From NCBI RefSeq assembly GCF_009914755.1, contig NC_060926.1: a stretch of 64,000 nucleotides of DNA; one strand, written 5' to 3'. This stretch comes from the human T2T-CHM13v2.0 reference genome, Homo sapiens. The notes under the pieces are model-generated. The model was not told the DNA's origin. It did no database searches and saw only the letters and a list, made by a program, of their open reading frames with translations. A program made the translations under genes and the position numbers. Below are positions 47,184-59,436 of the stretch, one piece after another. How positions within the stretch are numbered: the stretch's first letter is position 1; the number at the start of each line of letters is the position of its first letter.

Positions 47184-49460
47184 CTGTTTTACAAGGAAGG
47201 AAAAAAGATATGTAGAACTTGGAATGCAATACCAATTTTACATATGTTTATTAAACAGGACCCAAAAGAAAGTAAACCCATGCTGATGTAACACACAAAA
47301 ACTACTTAGCTCTTGACATTCATGCTGACTAATCCTTGCAACCTACAAATGGAATGGATATGAAGTCAGGGATGAACTCTGCAGAATAAAACATTTTTTA
47401 ATGTATTTCCTGTATGAGTTTATTCAGCACTAATCTTTTCTACTATCCTAGATCCTACTTTACTACTGTTCCTAATTTTCAACATCCAAAAGCCACGCAT
47501 ATAATATACACATTTAAAGAATGACCACATTACCAGGCTGCCAGAAAGTTTGGGGCCAAAGCCCTGGATTTCCACCAGGAAGGTGGATGTTTTACTAGCA
47601 AAAGGTAGCTCCTAAATCATGAAAGAAAATAAAGACATGATTCAATATAGCATAACAGAACAGTTAAGGGTATCCTCACAAAGAAACCTCTCCTTCCAGA
47701 AAAAGGAATCACCCAAAGTTAAGTATGACCATGGATAGATGCCTTATGAAGGTTATTTGGACAATTTGGTGAGCCAACTGTTAATCTCTTCTAGCACAAA
47801 CAGTTCACCCAGCAGCATCAATTTCTTGCAAAGTTATTTGAGAATATGTAGGAAAACTAAGCCCTCTGCTATCAAGGCAACAACAACAACATAAACAAAA
47901 CACTGAAAATAAATACTTGGTCACTTATGTGAAAAGGGAGGCCTACAAAAGTTGTAAGGACTATACTCTTAGATGCTAGAAACTATCATGAGCTTTATGA
48001 GTAGGCAGCTAGGGCCTCTAGGTATTAATGGACCCTGGAATTTTTAATTTCTCACATATGTATCAAATTGAGGTAGATGGTTAAGCAAGTCTACCTCATT
48101 GTCCCTTAAATAAACAAAAAGTTAACTTTTATAATTTGGGACACTTGCATAATACAGTTAAGTGTTCTTCAGAACACTTAAATACAAAAATTATTAAAGC
48201 AAACCACTTATGCTAGAGCTGAATCACTTCTGGTATCTAACCCCAAATTCTAAATACTAGTTTGTTGAAAGTATCAGAATAAAAATATTCATTTTTTCTG
48301 TGGTTATGAACATAATAATTTTAACTTAAAAAAAGACAATATATATGTTTAATACATCAAAGCTGAAAAGCTTCCTGGGCAAAGATATTTTTTAAAGAAA
48401 ATATAAATATGAAATCACTAACTGTAGGCTGTTTAATCTGTAGTTTAAAAATTGCTTTATAGAGACAGAAAGGAATATGGTCTTTTAATGACAACCCTTG
48501 TTTCTTATATTCACACTGCTTAATATGAATTTAGAATCTATCAACAGTGTAGTGTATTTACATACTTATTTAATCCTTTCATCTTTAATTCCTGCTGCAT
48601 CTCTGTAAATTCACAAGAAATAGATAAATTTAGTTATAAATATTACTCTTCTTTCTTACCTAAGAATATATCTCCTAAAGGTTTCTGAAATCATCTCCAA
48701 AATTCAGGTTATTGAGTCATTTGGCTCAACATGTATTTTTCCTTCAAAACTGTAATCCTGTTAGCACTAACTCTTCATTCTTTTCCCCTATTAATTTCTA
48801 TTTATATAATTTAAAGTTACAGGGTAATTAGCATAGAGAAGAAAATTTCTGTATTAATCTACTGTTAAAATCTGGTACACAGGCTCAGGTGATGGGCATT
48901 TGTAAACATCCCATTAGCTATAAGAAAAACTAATCTAGTCCATATAAAAAATAAAAAGCATTCAGCTTGCTCTGACTCTGCAAGTTAGCGCTATTAGGCT
49001 TTTACTACCTGACAGGCCATTCCTGACACCATAACCTCTCTTATTCTGCAACCATGTAACTGAAAGTACAATAGGTTCCCTTTTTCTTTCCTAAGCCATG
49101 AAACTAGAGCAAAATGAAGCTGAACTCTGCTCAATCAGGAGTCACCTCAACTACCTGACATGCAGTACATAAGCAAAGGCTGGGAGCCCTGCTGAAGCAA
49201 GTTACTGCAGGATAGACCTGGCTAATACGGTAAGAGAAAATGGTCTTAATCTTTGGGAAGTAGGACTGGAGGTATTTTTCTCTTCCTTATATAATTATTT
49301 CTAATGGTTGGTATAATTTTGGCAAAATAAGAGAAACAGACCACATTAGCTCCACAAGAAGAGATTTTTGTTTTAGTCACTGATGTATCTTCACAGTACC
49401 TGGCATGTGGCAAGAGTATATATTAGTATTTGTGGACCTAATGCTTAATATACCATTTCC

Positions 49461-49770
49461 AGCTAGGCATGGTGGCTCACACCTGTACTTCCAGCACTTT
49501 GGGAGGCCGAGGCTGACGGATCACTTGAAGTCAGGAGTTCGAGACCTACCTGACCAACATGGTAAAACCCCATCTCTACTAAAAATACAAAAAAATGAGC
49601 CAGGTGTGCTGGCAGGCGCCTGTCGTCCCAGTAGCTTGGGAAGCTGAGGTGGGAGAATTGCTTGAACCTGAGGAGGCGGAGGTTGCAGCGAGCCAAGACT
49701 GAGCCACTGCACTCCAGCCTGGGCAACAGAGAGAGACTCTGTCTCAAGAAAAAAAAAAAAAATAAATAAA
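49461..49770 (+). mobile_element. AluS
   Basis: Full dimer, followed by (TA)n(CA)n. Confidence 0.92.
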
Positions 49771-49772
49771 TT

Positions 49773-49828
<56 letters not shown>

Positions 49829-49851
49829 CATACACACACACACACACACAC
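49773..49851 (+). repeat. (TA)n(CA)n compound microsatellite
   Basis: Direct read. Confidence 0.95.
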
Positions 49852-50032
49852 CACTTCCTTCATCGGGGTGCTCTGTGTGAAAAGTCCATTTAGAGACACG
49901 ATCTTTAGAGTCAATTTTTATAGCATCACTGAGTTTGTTTCCAAAACTAAGGCCTTAGGAAAGCAACTACGCCTTAGGGACATTCAGATTTCTTATTTAA
50001 GTTAATGTAAAACAGAAAAATTATGGGTCGCA

Positions 50033-50050
50033 TATGCCATCTACTGGTAA
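50033..50050 (-). promoter_or_regulatory. Candidate CTCF site (minus strand TTACCAGTAGATGGCATA)
   Basis: Matches the CTCF core consensus CCASYAGRKGGCR at every position; lies in non-repeat intronic sequence. Confidence 0.45.
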
Positions 50051-50424
50051 GAGAAAACAAAACTCATATTTGTAGATTCAAAAAGTTTTTAAAATATTTA
50101 AAGGCACTTAAAACTTCTTCAAGTGAATAGTCAATGTATTTTCATTCATAAATATTTGTAGCAGATGCATAGAATGTAAAGAATTTCAAAGTTTAAATTA
50201 GAGTACTACATTACACAATCCAAGTCATGATCTGAAATACAACTAGGCCAAATAGGCTTAATCAGTTTCACGGCATCATCGAGTCCTTTCTCAAACTTTC
50301 TCATATACAAATGCCACTTACCAAAAGGGGACAAGCTTTAAAAAGGTGGGTATAGTTTATTCATTCAAATTCAATGCCACTGGTGAAACAACATATTATA
50401 GCTAGCTTTACTGACAAAGTAGTT

Positions 50425-50630
50425 CAGGTTGAGTATCCAAAATCCAACACTTTTTGAGCACTGACATGTCGTTCAAAGTAACTGCTCGTTGGAGCATTTC
50501 AGATATCTGATTTTTGGATTAGGGATGCAGAACCAGTAAGTACAATGCAAATATTCCAAAATCCAAAAAAAATCCAAAATCCAAAACACTTCTGGGTCCC
50601 AAGCATTTTGGATAAGGGATACTTAACCTG
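50425..50630. mobile_element. Tigger4a/MER46-like element
   Basis: Terminal inverted repeats CAGGTTGAGTATCC / GGATACTTAACCTG. Confidence 0.8.
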
Positions 50631-51288
50631 GATTATCACCTTTATACCAGAAAAACAGCATGTATCTTCCAAGGAAGGCTATCTTTAGTGAAACAGAAGA
50701 ACTCTATTAGAAAGACGCAGTGTTTATTAACATTTGACTTTTGGAAATGTTATAGATCAACATGAATGAGTACAAAAAAACTCCCAATTTTCCCTTTAAA
50801 TACATCTCACAAAAACTACAAAGAAAAGAAGGCTGTGCCAATTTTTCAAACTGAACACAAAATAGTCTCTCAGAAAAATCAACTTCCTGTTGCCAGATCA
50901 GACACACCCACATGCGGGAGTGTCCATTTCCCACCCTAAAGAGAACATCCTGCATAGTGTACAAGGAGTGGAGGATAAGGACAGGGGCATATAAAAATTC
51001 TACTGGCTCCACATGGCTATCCAAAAACCAAAGTTTAAAACTGAAAATATTCAAGCCTAGTTCAATTGTCATAGCAAATAATATTGAATAGGGATAGAAA
51101 ATAACAAATAAAGTTAAAGAAATATATTTCTGATTCAGCATTTACCTCACAAGCTCTTCTTCACCTCTGAAAAGAGATTAAAAGAGCTATGGGAAAAGAG
51201 CGGCACTTTGTTTTGTACCCAATTCCTAACATATCTACATCATTCTCAGTTGTTCTCACTACTGGATAACATGAGCTGAAATACTCAC

Positions 51289-51426
51289 ATGCACATTTAT
51301 TTGCAGAGTTGTGCCACACATCCATTGGATTTCTTTGTTTGTGCCGAAATGCCTCTTCGACTCTAGTTTCTGTCTTCCGAGCTCCAGTACTATGAGGATT
51401 TATTTGTTCTGATGTTACTGATAAGC
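51289..51426 (-). CDS. ATAD2B: ATAD2B coding exon, 138 nt, phase 1-1: (G)LSVTSEQINPHSTGARKTETRVEEAFRHKQRNPMDVWHNSANKCA(F)
   Basis: Acceptor ...CTTCTGCTTGCAG and donor T|GTGAGT. Joins both neighbouring exons in frame. Confidence 0.93.
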
Positions 51427-52414
51427 CTGCAAGCAGAAGATAAGCAATACCTCTTTAAATATTCCCAGCTACATAAACCAAAAGGTTTTTAAAAAAATCT
51501 CAAATACAAAACTGAGTTTTAAAGTCATTAATTATACTAGGGCAGTTTGCAGTTCCAATGAAAGCAGTGTCTTTTGTTTTAAGATGGGTAAGAAACTTAG
51601 ATATAAAATCATAAAAATAAAACAATCTGGCAGGCCATGTTTACACTTAATCCCCAAAGGGGCCCTATTTTTATTCATTTTAATTCACAAAGAGGCACAT
51701 TTTACATTATTATGACTGTGGAACAATAAGATTATATATTATCCAAAAATAATGACCTCTGCCATCTTAGAATGTACAACAGTCTACTGGGCTACTAAAC
51801 CCCATTCCCGTGAACTGTTTCAAAATGCTATTTGCTTCCTGTCGCACCACACTGCAGTCAGTTTGGTTGTCCTGCATTATATTCCTAAGACTAATCATTC
51901 TATCTTAATTTTCTTCACTAGAGATTTATTTCTTCTATGTGGTCCTTAAGTTGGTTTTTCTCCAGGTTCTCTCTGTAACCACTTTTCTTCTTACTCTAAT
52001 CTACACATTCCCCAGCGAAGTATCATTGTGTTCAGGTTCAATTACTATTATATAATAATTCTCAAATCTGTATCTTTAGCCCAAACATCTCTGATCCAGA
52101 TATACAACTTCTGATCCATATATACAACTCCTTACTTCATATCTCCAACTGAATTTCCTAAAGATAGATCAAATTAAAGATAACTGGTTTATCTTTCCCT
52201 ACAAAACAAAACAGTTTGTTCTTATAGATTCCCTATCTAGATTGGGAGTATTAGTATCTACTAAGTCACTCAACCAGTAATATGGCAGCCAGTTTTTATT
52301 CTTCCTTCACTTCACAGTGCTCTCCATCCCTGCGGCTACATCTCACTTATATTAATCTCTTCTAACTCCCTTCCTACTTCATTAATTAAAACCCTGGACT
52401 ACTCCAACAGGTTT

Positions 52415-53275
<861 letters not shown>

Positions 53276-54585
53276 AACAGCTTTTAAACTGATCTTTCAT
53301 CTTCCTACCCTGGCACATTGAAACCATGTTACTTCTTCCCGCCAAGGCAATTCGACCAATTCATTTCACTGCTTAAAATCCTTCAATGATTTCTATTGCC
53401 TATGGCTATCAAACTTTAGTGTACATAAAAACTCTTGGATAGTTTGTTCAAATAAAGATTTCTTGGCCTTAATATTCTCAGAGAATCTAATTCATAGGTC
53501 TAAGCTGAAGTGGGTAATAGGCAGACATTTTTGAAAACACTGATCTACAAGATAAATCACAAGCTCCTTAGCATGGCATTGATTTACTCAAATATTTACC
53601 GAAAACCTGTTTTATACCAGATGGGGTTCTAGGGACTGGAGCAGAGATATAAACAAGACATTCAAAGTGCTGATATCCTAAATAAGGAGGACACGATCAA
53701 AAAACAAATAATATAATGCCAAATGCTACCAAAGCCTCTATCAGATTAGGTGGTCAGGGAAGAGCTCTCTAAAAAGGTAGAAGAAAAGTTTCTTCATAAT
53801 TTTTGTGTCCTAGACCCCGCACCTCTTGAGCCCTATTTCCAGCATTCTGTATTTCTTTAGCAATACCAGTTTAACACACCTCTGTGCCTTTACATATGCT
53901 ATTGTTTTCTCTGTGTGCAATACACCTCCTCCTCCTCTATCACTGCCTCCCTAGTCCATTAGAGAGAACACTTCTATATTCACTCCTTACTCTGATCAAA
54001 ATGCTGGGTTCCCTACTGGGAGGTCTCATCTCTGTGCTCTGAACATGCTTCAACCAGTGCATACACCACACTGTACTTGATTGGTTTTACATTTCTCTCT
54101 CTCCTACTAAAATGTGAGTTCCTCAAGGACAAGATTATAAACTGAATCGACAAACCACAATTGCTAATTCTGTGTTTCTAATAACAAAATTGCATATAAA
54201 TTTCACTAGGGTGGGAAAAACAGTATACCTAAACATGTTTTTAAAGTACCAGAAAGTAAACTGATGAAAAATAAAACCTTTTCATATCTAATATCTAAAT
54301 CCATTTAGAAATCAATTCTTAAAAAAGATATACTCCTACAAAACAAATTTCAATAAGAAACACTTTATTTCTGTAATACACACTATCACACTAAAACTTT
54401 CACAGTAGGTAAAGTTGTAAAATATCTTTGAGAATTTACATAACACATTAGTATCAGAAATTAAATAAATACATTAAATACATTACTTTCATAATACCAG
54501 CAATCCTAAAGAAACAGCGTTCAAGTACTCTTGGCCTGAACAGAGCACACTAGGCTTCAGTACCAAGTTTATTTCTACAACTTAC

Positions 54586-54708
54586 CTCTTTTTATTCTTG
54601 CTTCCTTAATTTCCTCACAAAGTTTATTAAATTCTGGATCTAATTCAGCTGCAATGATAGCATGTGCAGTGTCCTTCAGGGTACAAGCCCTGTGCCTAAT
54701 TATTTTAT
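54586..54708 (-). CDS. ATAD2B: ATAD2B coding exon, 123 nt, phase 1-1; end of the bromodomain: (D)KIIRHRACTLKDTAHAIIAAELDPEFNKLCEEIKEARIKR(G)
   Basis: Acceptor ...TTTTAACAG (ct at 54709-54710) and donor G|GTAAGT (54585-54580). Open frame. The peptide matches the ATAD2-family bromodomain C-terminal helix as I recall it. Confidence 0.95.
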
Positions 54709-56103
54709 CTGTTAAAAAAGTTGGTATATATTTATTATAGAAACAAATAAAATAACATTAACAAAGGACATCTTAAAAAGTAAAAGAATACAAACAAAAT
54801 TATAAAAAGCATTGCTAGGTGAGAAAAAGTTTATTTAAAGTATGGGTAAAAAAATAAATATACTAAGCTACTCAGTCAAGTTAGTAATTCTCTGAAAATT
54901 ATACTTTAAGAACCTCAAAGGACTAAACCTATTACCATTTCTGAAGCAGTCTGGAGAATTACAAGAAAAAGATACATGGTTTCAAATTTCTGAAAACAGA
55001 AATATGTGATTTTCAGTAAAAATTTAAAAAGTATTTAGAGGATATTCACCAAATGCCCAGCCCCAGAGTTGTCAGAGATTAATATTAGGAATTCAAAAAA
55101 ATCTTAAATTTCTCCTAAGTTGACATTGGTCAAAACTATGCTAAAGAATACAATATATTTTAAAGGTGACTTATTTTTTTTTAAATGTGACAAAAACAGA
55201 GAAATACAGAAAGACTTTCTAAGCTAAAGGGCACAAGATGGTGTATACATTGTAGGTAGATCCAGGAGAGAAGCATAAACATGGTTCCAGGTAAACTATG
55301 CCTAAAAATGGTACTAAAAGAGGAGCCTCTGCTTCACACTAATCCAGAAGTTCCCATTCATAAACAATACAATATAAACAGTGCCCCCTAGATCTGTGCA
55401 ACTCAGAAATATGAAAAGGCAAGTAATATATCAAGGTAACTAATATTCTAACAGTATCAAGAGCAAGAATCCAGAGTTGCAAAACAACATTTGCTTTTTC
55501 CTCTCTAGTAAGGGCAAACAGTATAGACAAAGTTACAGAGACACTTTATAACTTTTCTGATTTGAAAGTTATTATGGCTCATTGTGGTAATCTTACAAAA
55601 CCAAACATGCACCACTCAAAGGCACCACTGATATTTACTTCCAACACATTTTCTCTAAACATTCACTCAACAAATGTTGTCGACTGCACCAGGGAAAGCT
55701 GGATGGTGGCCACCCACAGCAGTGAACAAAACATACATGATATCAACTTTCAAGGACTTTTTCAGACCACTACAGGAACAAATCATCTCTCATACATCCA
55801 AATTAACACCTCCTCCCTCCAAAAAAGAAAAAACCCAAAAGCAAAACACCCTGAAAAACAGCTATGAAGAAAACCTACAGGGTACTGGTGTGGGTTCCAA
55901 TTTAGATTGAGCAAGTCAGGAAGAAGACTCTCTGAAGAACAGGCATTTAAACTGACACTTGAAGCACAGACTGGAGTAGCTACTGAAAGAGTAAGGGGGG
56001 AAAAAAAAAAAAACAACTAGTGCAGGTTCAGAAAATACCATGTGAGAAAATCCTGCTGTAAAGAGTTTGGAGATTTCAAGAAACTGAAATGCAGCCAGTG
56101 TAG

Positions 56104-56595
56104 TGTTATGAGTTCTAAATTTCTTTTCAAAGAATCAATATGTCAGTATGTTCAATTCTTTGCCTTCTACTTTTAAACTTAACTTCCTCGTAAAGCAACC
56201 TTTTTCGATTACCTGCTCTACCCTGACTCATTCCAATTACCTGCTCCACCCTGACTCATTCCGATTACCTACTCCACCCTAACTCATTCCTATTACCTGC
56301 TCTGTCATAACCATTTTTCCCGCCAAAACACTTACCTCGTCATTCTCTTTAAATTAGCCAATCGGAATTAGTTTAGCCTGTGTGGTCTAACCCTAGCCAA
56401 CAGGAGAAGGACACAGCAGTGGGGGGCCACATGCATCAGGGATAATAAACCCTTCCCCTCCCTTGTCCAAGTGGGCGCCCACCATTACTCCATCTGTAAG
56501 GGTGCACCCTTCTATAGAAAAACTTGCCTTGCTGAGAATTAAAAAGAAAATTTTATATTCAAGTGCTTTTTGAGGTACTGAAACTATTTATAACA
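56104..56595 (+). mobile_element. ERV1 solo LTR10 (LTR10F/A-like, HERV-IP10 family) in an ATAD2B intron
   Basis: TG...CA termini and 4-bp TSD GTAG (56100-56103, 56596-56599). Contains the 28-bp tandem repeat ATTACCTGCTCCACCCTGACTCATTCCG, CCAAT boxes and ATTAAA at ~56538. Confidence 0.88.
56208..56302 (+). promoter_or_regulatory. LTR10 28-bp tandem repeat (~3.4 units) with AP-1 sites TGACTCA at 56224-56230 and 56252-56258; third copy degenerate (TAACTCA)
   Basis: Read directly from the sequence. Confidence 0.8.
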
Positions 56596-57332
56596 GTAGT
56601 CAGAACATAATAAGCAAGAGGCAAAGAGAAACTGATCATATTGAAAGGATTTCAGATTGTATCCTAAGAGCAATGAAAATCATTGAAAAGATCTGCTGTG
56701 GTTGTTTTCTGATCACTGGATTGAGGGGAGTCAAGAATAACACCAGGGAGCATAGTCACTAGGCTTTATTTTAGTGAGAGAGGATGATGACTTGAACTGG
56801 GGTAATGGTGGTGGTGGTGGTGAAAGACAAGATTACAGATTTGAAATGTGCTCTCAATGACACAATTTGGTGATAAAGTAGATAAGAGGGTAACATAAAT
56901 ATCAAAGATGATTTCCTAGCTTCTTGCATAAAAAATGGGGAGACGGACATACTATTTATAAAGATGCAAAAACAAACAAAAAACAAACAAAAAAAAAAAC
57001 AGAATAGAGAGGAAAGGAGGAAAAGAAGTTAGAGAGTAATCTCAAAGAGTTCAGCTTCAGGCATTTCAGTTTGGAGATGCCTAAAAAATATCCCAATGGA
57101 GATACCATGTAAGCACATGAATATGTGTCTCAACAATTCTCTTTATGAACAAAAACCACAATGATTCTGTAATCTGCATTATTAACATATTGTACTTCCC
57201 TAAGTTTAAAAATAGATCTATTGAAGCATAATAGACATATAATAAGTTGCTCATACTTAAAGTATACAATTTGATACATTTTGAGGTAAGTACACATCCA
57301 TAACATTACCACAACAATAAAGATAATCAATG

Positions 57333-57665
57333 GGCCAGGGGAGGTGATCGTGCCCGTAGTCAAAGCACTTTGGGAGGGAAAGGTAGTAGGACTGCTTGAG
57401 CCCAGGAGTTTAAGACCAGCCTGGGCAACATGGCGAGCCACCGTGTCTCCACTCTGACTCATTCCCATTACCTGCTCCACCCTGTACAAAAAGTACAAAA
57501 ATTAGGCAAGCATGGTGGTGCATGCCTGTGGTCCCAACTACTTGAGAAGCTGAAGCAGCAGGATCGCTTGAGCCCAAGGGAGTTGAGGCTGCAGTGAGCC
57601 ATGTTCACACCACTGCACTCCAGCCTGAGCAACAAAGCAAGATCCTGTCTCCAAAAAAAAAAAAA
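57333..57665 (+). mobile_element. AluJ carrying a 35-bp LTR10-derived insertion
   Basis: See finding at 57447-57484. Confidence 0.9.
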
Positions 57666-58138
57666 GACAATGAGCATATCTATCATCACCAAAAGTTTCT
57701 TGTGACCCTTGATTTTCCTCCCTTCACCCTTCCTCACAGCCCTCTATTCCCAAGCAATGAAGGATCTGCTTTCTCTTGCTATAGATCAGTTTATATTTTC
57801 TAGAATTATATATACGAGTGGAATCACAAAGAATATTTTTAATCAGGATTCTTTCACTCAGCATAATTATTTAAGCATAAAAATAATTATTGGTCCCTAT
57901 TTTTGCATGTATCTGTACTTCGTTATTTGTTAGTGCTGAATACTAATCCATTATATGGGTATAACACAATTTGTTTATCCATTCACATGCTGGTGGACAT
58001 TAGTGATAATTCTGAGTTTTGGCTATTATAAACAAAGTCACTATAAACATTGATGAACAAACCTTTGTATGGAAATATACACGTTAATTTTCCTTGGGTT
58101 AATACTAAGGGGTGGAATGGCTAGGTCAAATGATAGGT

Positions 58139-58615
58139 ACGGTTCTTCAGCAACCGCAGGGGATTGGTTCTAGGACCCCATCTCCCCTTGGATATCAAAT
58201 CTCCAGATGCTTATATCTCTCATATAAAATGAGGTAGTGGCCGAGCACGGGGGCTCACGCCTGTAATCCCAGCACTTTGGGAGGCCAAGGTGGGTGGATC
58301 ACGAGGTCAGGAGTTCAAGACCAGCCTGACCAACATGGTGAAACCCCATCTCTAATAAAAACACAAAAAAATTAGCCGGGCGTGGAGGCAGGCGCCTGTA
58401 ATCCCAGCTACTCAGGAGGCTGAGGCAGAGAATTGCTTGAACCCAGGAGGCAGAGGTTGCAGTGAGCCGAGACAGCGCCACTGCACTCCAGCCTGGGTGA
58501 CAGAGGAAGACAGCGTCTCTTTATTTATTTATAAATAAATAAATAAAATGAGGTAGTACAGTCAGCCCTTTGTATCCACAGGTTTCAAAGCACACATATG
58601 GAGGGATGACTATAA
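58139..58615. mobile_element. MER2-like (Tigger) element, interrupted by the Alu at 58239
   Basis: GGGGATTGGTTCTAGGACCCC...ATATGGAGGGATGACTATA. Confidence 0.6.
58239..58541 (+). mobile_element. AluS
   Basis: TSD ATAAAATGAGGTAGT on both sides. Confidence 0.93.
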
Positions 58616-58792
58616 TACATATGTTAAACATTCTAAGAAACTTCTAGACTGTTTTCCAAGTCAGCTGTTTCATTTTACATTCCTACCACAGTGCATCATA
58701 GTTCCTGTTACTCTACATCCTTGATTACATTTGATATGGTCTTTTCAGTTTTAGACGATTATTACAAGTGTTTAATGGTGTCTCACTGTGGG

Positions 58793-59436
<644 letters not shown>

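Noticed and set aside
50707-51141. 144-aa hydrophobic minus-strand ORF directly after the candidate microexon donor
   Set aside because: T-rich intronic composition explains the F/L/I/V bias; no homology, and upstream stops prevent in-frame fusion to ATAD2B.
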